DNA from: Raillietiella orientalis
Taxonomy: Eukaryota
Length of the DNA stretch: 64,000 nt
Direction of reading: 5' to 3'
NCBI GenBank assembly: GCA_036172245.1
Contig: JAYWIR010000033.1
Coordinates: 1-64,000, forward strand
In this document: one piece after another, positions 1 to 13,198 of the stretch
Numbering within the stretch: position 1 is the stretch's first letter
Layout: each line of letters starts with the position of its first letter
Position numbers and translations under genes: made by a program
Notes under the pieces: model-generated
The model's database searches: none
What the model saw: the letters and a program-made list of their open reading frames with translations, nothing else
What the model was told of the DNA's origin: nothing

Positions 1-2857
1 TAACCGACTGGGACAGCCTGAAACACAGGATACACCTGTTTGCAAACATGCAGGTCGGAGATAGGCGCTTGAGGCAGGAGGCGTACCGGGAGCTGAACAT
101 CCAAGATCGCTCACTCTCAAAGTACTTCGATCAGTACGAGATTCGGTACGTGTTCAAGAACATTAAAGGGGAAGTCGGCGTGCTGGAGAAGAGAAATCTC
201 GCAACAGATATCTTCTGCATCCAGTACGACGGTCAAAAGCGACAGTCGTCTGAGGACATCGTGGATGCCTTTCAAAGGCATCACACGAAACACTTTAGGC
301 GACAACAGCTGTGTCGCTCTATTCAACAGGCCTTTCTGAGCTACCTCGAGAAGAGGACCGACGATGTCCAGCGGAACAGACTGGAGGAGGAATTCTCCGA
401 AGACGAGGTGAAGACTGCGTTTGGTCAACTACGCAAGGACGTGGCAGCGGGCCCTGACAGCGTACCCATCACTCACTATCAGCGGTACTTGCATGCCTAC
501 CTGCGTTTGTTCCACCAGTTGACCCTCTGCATCCAAGAAGAAGCACGACTGCCTGAGTACTTCTACGAGACTAGGATGAGTTTGTTGCCGATAGGAGGCG
601 ACCCAACCCAGATCGCTAAATGGAGGCCAAACTGAATCCTGAACTCCGATGCCAAGTGGTTGGCGAAGATCTGGTCCAACCGCTTAGGCAAGGTGATGTC
701 GAGGCTCATCTCTCTGGTCCAAACGTGTGCAGTCCCTGGACGTTACATGTCGGACAATGTCAAGTGTTTCAGGCCACCGTCGGACTCAGCCGATATGTCG
801 GCGAGAATCTGGCGCTGGTGTTCACTGATATGGAGAAGGCTTTCGACTCCATCAACCATGGGATGCTGCTGAAGGTTCTGGACAAGCTAGGCCTTCCGGA
901 ACACTTCAGCAACTTCGTGAGGGTGGTACTCCAGAACTAGAACTGCCGAATCAAAATCAGCGGCCAGGAGACGGCAGCAATCCGGATGGAACGGGGAGTC
1001 CGGCAGGGCGATTCGCTAAGTCCGATGCTGTTCGTCATCTACATGGAGGCGTTGTCGTCCTTTATCGAGAAGAGCGGACGACTGCAAGGCATAACAATCG
1101 ATGGCCAGCGTCTTACCCATCTGGCATACGCTGATGATCTACTCTTCTTTATCAAGGGAGAGAGAAATCAACGAGCGTTTCTGGATGTGGTAGACCTGAT
1201 GGATCAAGGCCTGGGTCTTAAGATCAACGCCCAGAAAAGCCAGCTGTTGCCCGCTGGAATCGTCGATCTGTCCACTCTAGCGGGGAGAGGATTTCGAACG
1301 GTGGACAAGGCCAAGTACCTGATTGTCTACATTGGCGGCTTCTCCGCGTCGAAGCTATTGTGGACCGAGATCCTACGGAAAACGGCCAAGTAAGCAGCCA
1401 AGTACACCCGAACGGACCTTGGAATGAAGCGGAAGGCCAACATGTGGAACGGAGTACTCCTTCCAAAAGTGCTCTTCGGGGCGGCCTTCGCAGGGATGAA
1501 CAAGGAAACCACGAATGAGTTCAACAAGCTGCAAAGAAAAACACTGTGGGGCCACTATCGCCCAAGAGTCACACTAAAACCCCTGTGTCGTCCCAGGGAA
1601 GAAGGCGGTTCCGGGATGAAGTCGCTTTCACAGTCCATAGAAATCATGGATACGCGACACATCCTGGACTTTGCCACTCACTGGGATGACTGGCCGTATG
1701 CGGCGCACAGGGCCTACGCGTTGTTGTTGAACAACTCGAAAGGCCAGATGACTGCGCTGCTACTCCGAGCAGGCGAATGGAAAAAAATCGACCCAACCTG
1801 GACGAGGAAGCAGCGGCTGGTGCGGAAGCACAAAATCAAGATCGTGCCGAGAAGCAGGGAACCCTGGCAGGACGAGTCCTTCCTGGAGATCCCTTGGTTG
1901 CTTTCTGTCCCGCCGGACACGAGAAGCTGGATCTACCAGCGGTCCAGAGTTACCCTACAACGAATCCAGGAGTGGAAACGAGGAAAGGACCTACATCACA
2001 CTCGTATACTTAGGTATATAGAGATGATGTTAGGAAGGTTTACCCACATGACTCCCGAAGTGTGGTTCAACCACAACGACTTTGCGTGGTCCAGGGTAAC
2101 CAAAACAAACCTCCGAAGACTAATTCAAGAAGAACACAGTGATATCAGTGTCCTCCAGGAAGCCGCCGATCGCTACGGGAGTGTTGGATCAACCTGTTAG
2201 CGATTGGCACGACGCTCTGGAGGAGTGACCTTCCGCCAAGCACCCAGGATGACCTCCTGATGTTTTATCATGGAGGAATCCAGAGTGGGTCCCGATTGCA
2301 GCACTACACCGGAAGAAGGGAAGTTCGAGACTGCACAGCATGTGGAGACATCGACACGAGACTTCACGTCTTGACGTGTCCCACATTGCTGCATGACTGG
2401 CTGATCCTGAAAAGGATCATAGGACTTACCAACAAGTCCGTTATGGAGATCCTCGCCGGGATGTTTCATGGGGATGGTAATGTTCCCTGTTACAATCCCA
2501 TGGTGAGGACGACCAAAGCCCTCTTTATCCAGCCATACTTGTGCGGTGGTGGAAAATGAGGAAAGCCAGGAGAGCCGCACCACCGATGGAGATACTAGAA
2601 GGGCTCTTGAAGAGGGAAATGGGCATCAGGAACTGCGGGAAGATCCACGCCTGGACGTAGCGATTCATCCTGAAGAGGATCCAGGACGACGCCCGCGACC
2701 ATCCAGCTGGAATTCCCCCCTGAAAAGCAGAACTCTAGTGCAACCCAAGGACCCCCAAGTGCAAAATGTTTGTATTGAGTGAATGAGAGTGCGAATGTAA
2801 ATTTTGTATTTTTATAGTAAAATAAACTTACCCCACCCCTTGTGGGGCTTGGGGAAA
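1..2857 (+). mobile_element. L1/Tx1-like LINE, lineage A: decayed ORF2 (linker, RT, C-terminal CCHC) and 3' end
   Basis: ORF pieces with AGPDS, WRP, FTDMEKAFDSINH, RGVRQGDSLSPMLF, HLAYADDLLFF and CTACGDIDTRLHVLTC, broken by frameshifts and stops. Ends AATAAA (2821) plus CCCCAC-ccctt-GTGGGG hairpin. Confidence 0.92.
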
Positions 2858-4196
2858 CCTGCCGAGTCGGCGATGGGGCGACTGCATGCAGCGTGCTGTT
2901 GCCCGTCGCGACGGTGCTTTTTACGGCTTTCGTAGCCTTTGCAGTGGGGCCTCCGCTGCAGTGGGGCTGTCCGGAACTCCGAAGGGACAACGGAACGGGG
3001 CAAGAAGTTTTCGCACTGTTGCGATCTTCCTGTTTTCCTACCTTTCCCTCCAGGGTGTTACGGAGGTTTCCTTGTTCCAGGCTCGGAAAGGTGCCTGCGA
3101 GTTCGGCAGAGAGGGAAGGCACGGCCCGCGTGAAACCCTCGCGCCCCTTTTTAATTGGCTTCCCCGACGTGACTTTCCCCTTTCGGGGCGTTGCGGGCGG
3201 GGATGCTTTCTTTTTATCCGCGGATCGCTCGTGGTTTTTTTCGAGTTTTTGCGGACGACGTTTTTTATTTGCCGCTGCGGCTTTTCGTGCAGTGGTCTCT
3301 TGAACCCGACGAATTTCCGCTGCGGCTCTTTTTCTTGCAAGTACCGGGCACTTTTTAATTTCGTGCCCGGAATCTTCGCAATAGCGGCATCTTGGAGAGG
3401 GCACTCTTGAATTCGGTGCCCCTCCTTGCCTCACTGCTCGCACGCGCAAGTCTGGCCTATGAACCACAGGTGAACGACCGTGCCGTTCACCTGCAGCTGC
3501 TCAGGCACAATACGCCTGTTCGCGACGGTGATCCGCGCGGAGGCTTGTCCAATGTGGACAGAGGGGAAATCCTTAAGAGGATTTGGCCTCCTCCACAGAG
3601 CGTGCACGGTGGCGAACTTCGCCAGCACACTTACGACATCGCGGTCGGAGATTTCCGGTTCGATGTCGCACAATTGAACGACAAAAGAGTCGTCCATCGC
3701 GGTAGGTAGGACTTCCTTGCCATTGATGGTGAACGGCGTACGGAGAAGGCGCTGCACAAGTGCTGCGTTCTTGCACCGAATCTTCGTATATTCCATCCTG
3801 CCAGCAGGCATTATGGCAAGGAGTTCCTCTTCGCGAACGTCTATCCGGACGAGCTGATCATTGAGCTCACGACCGATTCTCCCGTTACGTGGCCCACTGA
3901 CCTTATAACGGAGTGCAGGCATGTATCCTGATGACACATATGCTTGGAACTCCGCATCGCAGGGTCCTGGTCTTTGGGAGGTAACGGCAGCGTAACTCCG
4001 CACCGGGGGCGAGGAAACCATTACGGAGGATGCGGCCACTTCAAGTGCAGCTGAAGTGCATCCAGTGGCTTGCTCCTCCACACTATCCTGTGTACTGGCC
4101 ATGTTGCACTATGCTACTTGGCAGATTGCACAGGAACACACAAGTGCGAGCGAAAACGCAGGCACAAAGTTGCCCGATCGTTGGCGCGGATAGACG
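2858..4196 (-). mobile_element. LINE lineage B: 5' UTR and ORF1 (gag-like), interrupted by the 3' end of A
   Basis: ORF 3431..4102 (RSYAAV, HLWFIG) and 2595..3467 with knuckle CRYCEDSGHEIKKC; homologous to other ORF1s in the window. Confidence 0.88.
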
Positions 4197-5120
4197 CGGA
4201 AACACGTCTGCACTGTTCGAGCGCAGGAGATCGAACGGATCTCCGGAGTGCGGCTATGGTACTGGTGTGGGAGAGCGAAAACTTGCGGTGTCGCCTACCT
4301 GCTTCGGCCAGCCGTCGAGGTCGCGGCTCGGGGCGTGCGGTACGACGATCACGGTCGTGTCGGCCAGCTGACTCTCAGGTGGTCCGACTCAATCGATCTG
4401 ATCGCCACAAACGTGTACGCACCGGGCGAGGAAAGAGTTTTTCCTTGCCCTGCGGCGAGACTGGCTGACCGAAGCAGGCGTGCAGAATGCCCATCTGGTT
4501 GCAGGAGATTTCAACGTCCGCATGAAACCAGATGATCAGAATCCCGAGCGTGAACTGGTCAACGAGGTGTGCATGGCGGTTCACACCTGCAATTTGTTGG
4601 CCGGTGCACCGGGGATGGAAGACAGCATTGACCACGTGTTTCTTGACGAGCACCTGTGCCCTCGCGTGGGCAGGCGCGGAAAGTTACCGTGCGAGCTGTC
4701 CGACCATCGCCCGCTAGTCCTCGAGATCCATCCGCGCGACAGGGGCCCCCTCTCGTCAGCGTGGCGTCTCCCAGGGGACTGGCTAAAGCTCCCGGATGCG
4801 GCGAAACATCTCCGCACGTTCATACGGAGCTTCAGGCTGCGGACACTCCAGGATTGGGACCGCTTCAAGCGGTCGGACCAGGAGTTCTGCGACCAGTTCC
4901 CTCTGCACCGCCTAGCTACGGGTTTTGGGACCGGGGTCCGTAGCGAACGAGCCTACCTGCAGGCCCGTCGTTACGCCAGGACCCCCGACATCCGCAGGCT
5001 GGCGGAATACAAAGCGGGAGCCGAGAGGCGAGCATGGCAGTCCGGTTCAGCCAGCTTACTGGACTATCAGGGCCAAGAGCACTCGGCACCTGCCCAAATC
5101 CGCGTCCTGCTGCCGAGTTA
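4197..5120 (+). pseudogene. ORF2 APE endonuclease and linker fragment, resuming at the (Q)ETH motif
   Basis: GRVGQL, NVYAP, AGDFN, DHVF, SDH, FPLHRLATGFG. This copy is uninterrupted at the GFG site. Confidence 0.9.
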
Positions 5121-5476
5121 CTACAATCTTTATTGTTCAGAGAGTGAGCGCGCCTTTTCAGAGGGGATGAGCGCTCTCCATGTCAAAGTGGAGGAGCACA
5201 GCGCTGTGACCATCCGCAGAGGGGGTCAGTACTTGAGGTCATCTGCAAACATGCAGAGCAGGCCCAACGACTGCTAAAATACCCCGTGGTGTTGAAGACG
5301 CGCAGAGTACTCCATATTACGGTGGATTGCAGCATGGTGGTTCACCTGTTAGGTGTTACAGCGCCGATGCGAAAGGAACAGGTTCGAGCCGCGTTGGAGG
5401 AATATGGAGCGGTGCACGCGCAGTGGGAGAAAGTTAGTGCTTCTAAGGACTACATGAGGCTGCAACACGGCCTCAT
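5121..5476 (+). repeat. ORF1 fragment of lineage C; inverted near-copy of about 16320-16660
   Basis: Long matching stretches; shares the frameshift (cagtacttgagg) and small deletion of the 16 kb copy relative to 49020-49390. Confidence 0.85.
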
Positions 5477-5489
5477 GCTGTTTACAATA

Positions 5490-7772
5490 GCGGCAGGCTT
5501 TTCGCCTGCCGCTATTGAAAACAGCTCGGCCACTCCATCAAAGAGTGCGCCGAGCTGAAGAGAAAGCGGACGGCGAAAAGCCGCCAACAATTGACCCCGT
5601 CCGCGCCGAAAAGATCCCCCGTTGTACCACGGGAGAAATCGGGCGCGAAGGGCGGGGCATCTTCGAGTGGTGGTCTTGCGAAAAAGGGCGCGGTTGCTTC
5701 AGGGAAGCCACCATCCCAGACAACCGCGCAGACAAGAAAGATGCCACGTCGCCCTGGGGCCAAATAGATCCCTTCGAAGCAGCCTAAGAGTGCATACACG
5801 CACTCAATCAAGGCTGCTAAACCGTCCACGTCCGCTTGCGCGTCCAGCGGAGCACACGGGAAACCGTGCGCGGGTAACCTCGGAGCTGCCTCTGAACGGC
5901 AGTCTCCTCATACGGCGGTGGAGATCACGTCTTCCACGCCGAAGGCACGAGCAGCGAAGGCTGCAATAGCACTTCGCGGGACGACGGCAATGACCGGCGT
6001 TTCGCCCGCATCGGCTAAGGAGCAGGTGCAGTGTGTAACGGGGACGGAGCCGTCTCCCGCCGCGAGCGCGAAACGTGAGCCGGCATCTCCGGCCAAACAA
6101 TTGAGGGAGGCCTCGGCCTCCCAGGAGGGCGTCCCCGACGCGGGCTGGACTCGCGTCTCCAGGACGCCCACAAAGGGGAAGAAGAAGTTTGACCCTTCAA
6201 TATTCCCCATCCGTAAGGTGGGTGGGAAGCAAAATATAAGCACGCCGAAGGAGGTGCGTACCCAGGTACGCACTACGGCTGCGTGCTCTGTCTCCGTCGC
6301 TTCGCGCGAGAGGGCGGCTGCGGAAGCCAAAGCTCCGGAAGCTGCGTTGGCGACTGCGACGACCCCCGCGCGGGCAGGGCAAGCCTTCACCTGCGGAAAC
6401 AAAAAGAGACTGGCAAAACGTCAGTCTCGCGCCAGGCACTGGGACTCCGAGGTGGAGTCCGAGTCCAAACAAATGGAGCGCGCATCCCGGGGTAAGCCGG
6501 TAGCGCGCCGGGCTCAAGTGCGAAGGCACGAAACTGTTGCCAAAGGCGGTTCCGGCTCCAGCACGGAGACCGAGGCGATGATCCTCGGTTCCCAGGACTC
6601 AGCTGTGCGCGATGTGGCGGCGAACGGAAGCGATTCCGCTTCCCCATCCGCTCTCCTACCAGCTGACTTCTCGCCGGACGGGGCGAGGAGCACGCTGTCA
6701 TGTCCGCAGCAGTCATGCGTGGACTCGCGTCCGCTCGTCGCGTCAGCGTGGCCTGTTGGAATGTCAACGGGCTACGTGATGCTGACAAAAGGCGGACGGT
6801 AGCCAACGCTTTGCGCGCGTTCGATCTGTTGCTGCTGCCGGAGATACATAGCATCTCCGAACGGCAGGCATCGGATCTGGAAGAGCGCGCGGGCGGGACG
6901 CTACACTGGCGGCAAGGCTCCGCGCACACGTGCGGAGACGCGTTGCTCGTCCGAGGCAGGGTGGCGGAGGCGGTGCGCAACGTTTGTTTCGACGAGGAAG
7001 GTCGTGTGGGCCAACTTGTCCTCAAGTGGTCCGAATCGATCGACCTGGTCGTTACGAACATCTACGCGCCGAGCGGCGGCCGCAATTACGCCCAGCGACT
7101 TGCATTCCTGGGTGGCGTGCGCAGCCGCTGGCTCGCTGACTCCGGCCCTAACGTGGCGCACCTCCTTGCAGGAGACTTCAACGTCCACCTGCTAACCGAG
7201 GAGAGATGCCGCTTGAGGGAGAAATAACTGGTGACCGAGGTATGCGCGTCCGTGCGCGTGCAAAACTTGCTTGCTGGTGAGCCCGGGATGGAGAGATCGC
7301 CGGACCATGCGTTCCTCGATGAACACCTGCTCTCAAGAGTAGGTCGGAAAAAGCGCCTGCTGTCCGCGATCACGGATCATCTGAGACTGGAGTTCGAGTT
7401 CCTCCCGCCTGGCAAATGGCCTCCGATGAATGTCTGGAGATTGCCGGCCGACTGGCTCAGCAATTCGGAGGCGGCAGAGCATCTTCGCCAACACCTCCGG
7501 GGCTTCGCCATCCGTGAACTCGAGGACACGGACGATCTGAAAAGATCGGTCCGCGAGTTCTGCTGCCGGTTCCCCTTGCACCTGCTTCCCCGCGGCTTCG
7601 GGGAGGGTGTCGCGAACAGCAGATCCCATCTCCTGGCGCGTACCTTGTCTTGATGCCCGGAAGTCCGGCGTCTGGCGGAGTACAAGGCCACGGCCGAGCG
7701 CCAGGTTTGGCAGTCTGGAGCGGCTTCTTTGCTCGATGACGCTCGCCAGGAATGCTCGGATGCATCCGAAGT
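5490..7772 (+). mobile_element. LINE lineage G, 5' half: ORF1 C-terminal part and APE
   Basis: Knuckle CRY*KQLGHSIKEC near 5507, low-complexity ORF1 tail 5918..6700, APE from ATG 6700 (CWNVNGL, NIYAP, AGDFN). Stops at ..ARQECSDASEV. Confidence 0.88.
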
Positions 7773-10421
7773 TTGTCACCCGGATATACCGGGGCATTTA
7801 TTATTCTAACTTTTTACAAAGATTAGATAATAAAGTCTTTAAAAAGATGTTTTCTGTGGGGAAACACTGGGTTCTCCCACCTTGCTCAACGTGTCGGTTG
7901 CCTGTGCATAGACCGGTAAGGTCTATTCCCGAGGCGCATGGGAAGGCAAAACTAGAACAAAAACAAACAAAAAGAGAGATAACGGGGAAAGAAACACTTA
8001 TATGTGGAGAGGGGGGGAAGGGAAGGGATCACTGGGCGCCTGGGTCGGTCCTCCGCATCCTGTTAAGAATGCAGTCAAGTTCGCTTTTTATTCTGAAAGG
8101 TAGACGCCACCTTGTCGCCGTCTCTATAGAGATCGCCGTCCAGTGGATGGCGTCCATGCATCTTGAGCTTCTTCTTCTGACGAGCCACCTTTGCACAATC
8201 CCGCGCACGCAGCAGAGGACTGCTAGAGACGGAGCGGAACGCAGGCCGTCACGCAGAAAGAGGCGACGGTAAATTTCCTCAGGGTCGCCTACTGGAAGAT
8301 GGAGGATTGGGCGAATCGACTCCAGAGTCCATCTAGGGCGACCCATTCGAGGGTGAGATGCGGGAAGGTTTCTCTTTCTCCGCACTCGACACAGCGGGCA
8401 TCCACATTCCCCAGTGTCCAGTGAGACAGGCGTGCTCTGCTTAACAGTACCCAGTGCAGAAATAGCAACGCCGTCTCCTGCCACTTCAACGGAAGTGTGC
8501 CGCAATCCCAACACGCTGGGGGCCACTTCACCTCCTCCAAATGTATCGCAAGCAGCACTCTCCAGCACGCAAGTCCGTGAGGCGGGACGCTCGGGGTTGC
8601 AGCGTCTGTGAGCTCCCGAGTCGTCCACGCCTTTAAAGGTTTTTTCCTGCCCCGGATGAGGCACGACACTTCCCACGATTCCCGCTCGTTGCTGCTCCTA
8701 GTGTTTTTTAGGAAGGACAGAACGGGGGCAAGGGGTCTGAAAGAAGCCAACAGAAAATTCCGAAGCGTTTTGATAATCTCCTGCAGCGGCTGTCGAGCGT
8801 ACGGTCCTCGTCGTAGGCAGTTGTATTCCGCCTCGCTCGTGCCGTTGATCTTAGCCCACGCGAAGGCTGACTCCTAAAGCCAAGCAGTGCAGTTCTCTGG
8901 GAGGCAGAAGATCCAGGTATTCTCCCTCATCAGGACGACCATTTGGCGCAAATCGGGGCCACAGATGGAGAGTCTGCGCTGGTAGGCCACGAGGATCGAG
9001 GACAATCCTTCGCAGCCGGTCGCTCTTCTGGCGAGGAGCCGTGCTGGATCGCACCATGGCGTCATCCATGAGCTAGCTGCAAGGGCGAACTTCCGAAGTG
9101 TTGTTTGTAGTTGGATGCGCTCCAACGTAAGGAGGCCCAAGCCACCATCCCTGCGTGGAGCGCAAAAGTCTTTCAATCGGACTCGCGAACTCTCTGTGCC
9201 CCAAATGGCAGTATTCAAGAGTGCTTTGGTCCGTTTCTGTTTGATGGGAAGGGCGGGGCAAACAGAAAGTAAGGGGCGAAGGAGAGAGGCCGCGAACGCG
9301 TTCCACACGGCGGCCCGCTCCTGCAAGTAAAACTTGCCGTTCCGGAACGAACCGATCGCGAACTCCACAATTTGGAGACGATCGGACCAGGCTTCTGCAA
9401 CGCAGTATTATCCCAACGGAACCCCAAGGTCCTTGAAGCACCTGCTTGTGGGGTTCCCCAAGAGGATCCAGTCCACCCGTCCGGCTCACGCCGTATTTCT
9501 AAAAAGGAGTGAAGATGTAGGAACGATTGTGGATTTCTCTCTGTTTACCTCGAGGCCCGTTCCTCGGCGCAGCAACTCAAAGAAATCTTCGAGCGCCGAC
9601 GCCGGGGTGGATCCAAGGAGCAGGAGCAGAAGGTCTTCGGCGTAGGCCGACACGGCAGGCGTGCCGGGACGCGAGCTTGGCAGGGTTGCCAGAGTCTCCC
9701 TGTATGCGCTCAGCACCAGCTTGAAGTAGATGCTGAAGAGCAAGGGGCTCAGACTGTCACCCTGCCTTATGATACGGCGAACCGGCACGCCGTACACGTG
9801 CCGGACGCTGAAAGAGATGTTTATTTGAGCGAAGCGTTAGCAGAAACGTTGGTAACCCCCGAAGACGGCCGGGAATACCAAGCGTTCCAGGAGCTCCAGA
9901 AGGAGTTCCTGGTCGACGCAATCGTACGCTTTACGCAGATCGACTGCGACCGCAAGGGCACCGGGCGCGGCTCTTCCATGAAGGGCGTCCCCTCCATGGT
10001 CAGAGGAGAATCCAGGATTCTATTGACCTCCCTCGTCTTCGCTTTGTTTCAACTGCCACCATGTACTGGCGAGGAACAGGTTGGCCTCCCTGCTTTGTCC
10101 GGGAACTGCGTATGTCTGCTCCGGACTCACCACGGATCCCACCACCCGTCCCAGTCGCTCAGCTCAAAGCTTGGCAAGCAACTTCGCATTTGCATTCATT
10201 ACTGTGATGGGATGCCAGTTGCCTACGTTGCGATTGTCTTCTCCTTTCAACCGGAGACGTACTATAGCTGACCGGAACTATTTGGGGACGTCCTCTTGTT
10301 CTCGGATCAGCATGCAAAGCCGATGCACCAGGGGAGCCAGCTCCGTCACGAATCCTTGGTGAAACTTTGCGGGGAGACCGTGTTCCCCTGGTTCTTTCCT
10401 TTTTCTGAGCTTTCCGATTGC
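7773..10421 (-). mobile_element. LINE lineage D, 3' half (RT, C-terminus, 3' UTR), decayed
   Basis: RQGDSLSPLLF, YAEDLL, CVECGERETFPHLTLE; inverted near-copy of about 60900-63552. Confidence 0.92.
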
Positions 10422-11988
10422 GAGACGGCGGTCGGCCCGTTCCTGGAAGGCAAGTTTCACTTGCCAGAACGGGCCGCGGTTTGAAACGCCTTCGCATCCC
10501 CCATTCTCCGCCCCTTGCTTTTTGTTTGCTTCGCCCCCGTGAAATCGAAAGCGCGGACGAAGGACCTCCTCCGCATAGCCCTTTTGGGTAAGGGGAGGGG
10601 CCGAGTCCCTTTGAAGAACCTGTGCGCTCCGCGTCGGGACGGCGGTCTCAACATCCTGACGCTGGAGCGCGTGAAAATCCAGCTGCGATGGCGAACCCTC
10701 CTCATCGCATCGAAGCTGTGGAGCACCGCTTGGTGCATTTCGGCCCTCCTCCTGGCCAGGCGTGTGTCCCGCATTGAAGAACTCGCATCGTTCCTTTTGT
10801 GCCCTGGCCGGAAGTTTCGAAGATGCGGTCTACAGCTCGGCCTCATGGTAACCCTGGCAAAGGAGAATGACTGGATGGTTTGTGGCCCCGCCAACTCTTC
10901 CGCGTGACTGGAGGAGTCTGCTGGCATCTGCACCAAGCAGAACCAGAAGTGCGAACACCGGATGAACTGCCTGCGAGTCGGCATTTACGCCCGCCGTACT
11001 CTACGTTAAATTCTTGAATTTCCACCGAGTTGCAGGTGGGTGGAAGGCACATCCCTTGTTACGGCGATGCTTTTCTTCCAAAGGGCGCTTTACGAAAGCC
11101 AAGAGCCAAGGTGGCAAGTCTGCTGCCGTATCGCAGGCAGAGAGAAGATGAGGAGCAGCTGGACCATAGGAGAGTTGACAGATGCAACGACTCCTAGTAT
11201 CCAGCCGCGTGGATTAAGAAGATGGGGCGAGCTGCTCGGCATTCGATTGGATGATCTGAAGTGGCCCCTCGGTTCTACTTGGATCCAGGATTCTTGCCCT
11301 GAAGTGGCAAGAATCGGCGCTTCTGTGGCTGCATTGGGGTCTACCTTGCAACGCGCGCCGCTTCCGCTGGACGCGGGGAAGAGTAAATCCTGCGTGTGCA
11401 AGGTGTGGGGAGTGGGAGTCGCTCCCTCACTTCTTAGTTGAATGGCCTGCCGTCCGGATTCTTTGAGATCGTCTCAAAACGGCCCTTAGGATACCGGATG
11501 GTGACAACTTTGGATGTGTTTACAGTCTTGTCTTCGTGCGGGACGCCCTCAGTCCAGCCGCAGTTCTGGCAGCACTTTGCTGCATTCGTGGTATCGTGGC
11601 GGCCTGGAGTGATGCCGAAGATGAAGATTACATCCTGAGGGACGTCATCGAATATGCTGTTTGCTTTCTGCAGAGAGCTACCCGATGGCCACATCTGGGA
11701 AGAATGAAAATGGAACTAGAAGGCATCCTGCAAAGGATGGCCTCCCCCAGCAGTTTTCTGTGATCCCTTCCCGGCCCTCTAAACTCCTTTTGTTGTTTGT
11801 TTTTTTCTTTTTATTTTATTTTTGTTTTCTCTCCCATCCCCGTCTAATGCCGAGGTGAGCCACACCGGGCTGCTTCTTGGTGTCTTGGCAGTTCCGGTAT
11901 TGCGTGGCCGTCAGTGGGGCCTTGTACTAAGTTCTTTATTGACTGTAGAAATATTTTTAATAAACGTCCCAGCGTATCCGGCTGGCAT
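10422..11988 (+). mobile_element. E-like LINE: 3' part of ORF2 and 3' end
   Basis: GKFHLPERAAV, LCAPRRDGGL, TGATCCCTTCCC at 11761, AATAAA at 11959 plus degenerate hairpin. Confidence 0.9.
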
Positions 11989-13198
11989 CGCCTAAACCTG
12001 GAGGAAGAAGGTTCAGGAGAAACTGGTTGCAGAACTCGCGGACTGAGCTCTTCAAGTCGTCCCAGTCCGCAAGCGACTGCAGATGGAAGCCTTGCAGGAA
12101 CGACCGAAGAAGTTGCGCTGCTCCTGCGGGGCGCAACCGGTACCCTGCGAAACGTTACGCTCTGGAGGGTATGCCTCCACCGCGCGGGTGTATTTCTTGC
12201 ACGAGCCAGGGATAGTCGGAAAGTTCAAATGGCACTGCCCCACGATTTCCCACCCGCGAACACAGGTGGTTGTCGAGGAACATGTGGTCCATCCTCGTCT
12301 CCGTCCCGGCGTCACCGGCCAACTTGCGCGCGTGCATGGCAGCGCGCATCTCGTTGACCAGCTGTGCGCGAATGTCGGGCGCACCTGTGAGCAGGCGGAC
12401 GTTAAAGTCCCCGGCAATGAGGTGCGCCTTTCGCATCTCTGCTTCGACCAGCCAATCTCGCCGCAGGCCTTCGAAGAACGCAGTGCTTTCCCTGCGCCTG
12501 TGGCTCGTGCTGGGCGCGTACACGTTGGTCACAACGAGGTCGATCGCGTCGGACCACTTGGCAACAAGGTGCCCGATTTGACCTTCCCCGTCGAAGTTCA
12601 CGTCCCACAGCGCATTAACCACGGCTGGCTTGAGCATGAAATCCACACCGCGGGTGCTGTCTTTCCCGTTTTGGTATATGAGCCGCCCGCCTGCGATCCG
12701 TTCGATTTCCTTGGCCTCCTCTGCGTGGAGCACGTGCGTCTCCTGCAGAAGCGCCAGGACGAAGTCCCGCAGGCTGGCGGCCACTTCCCTCCTCTTGCCG
12801 TGGTCGCGCAACTTGTTGACGTTATAACAGATTACGCGCAGTAGCCGGCAGGAGGAGAGTCCACGCGTTGGTGTGTTTATGGTGTTTGCTTACCGTCCTC
12901 CGCCTGATGTCCAGCAGGCGGGAGTTGTGTGTCCATTGCGACGGGCTGTTTCTCGCAAGAGGGTTTTCGGTCGGTGGTTGTGGTGGTGGTTGGAAGATCC
13001 TACTTGGCCTGGACCGCTTCCGGCGAGGAGTCGCGAGACCTCGCGGACATCGCCTTTCCGTCGTCGTGGTCCGACCGCATTTCCTCCTCCGCCGGTTGGG
13101 GTGCGGAGCGCCGCGGGTTGCCTACCTTGCGGCCCGCTTTGCGCTTCGAATGAGCGACAGCCGAAGCGTTGCCAGATACGGCTTCGGACTCGGAAGTT
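11989..13198 (-). mobile_element. LINE lineage D, 5' half: ORF1 tail and APE, ending at the GFG site
   Basis: ORF 12155..12811 (LQETH, NVYAP, AGDFN); inverted near-copy of about 53715-54926. Confidence 0.92.
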
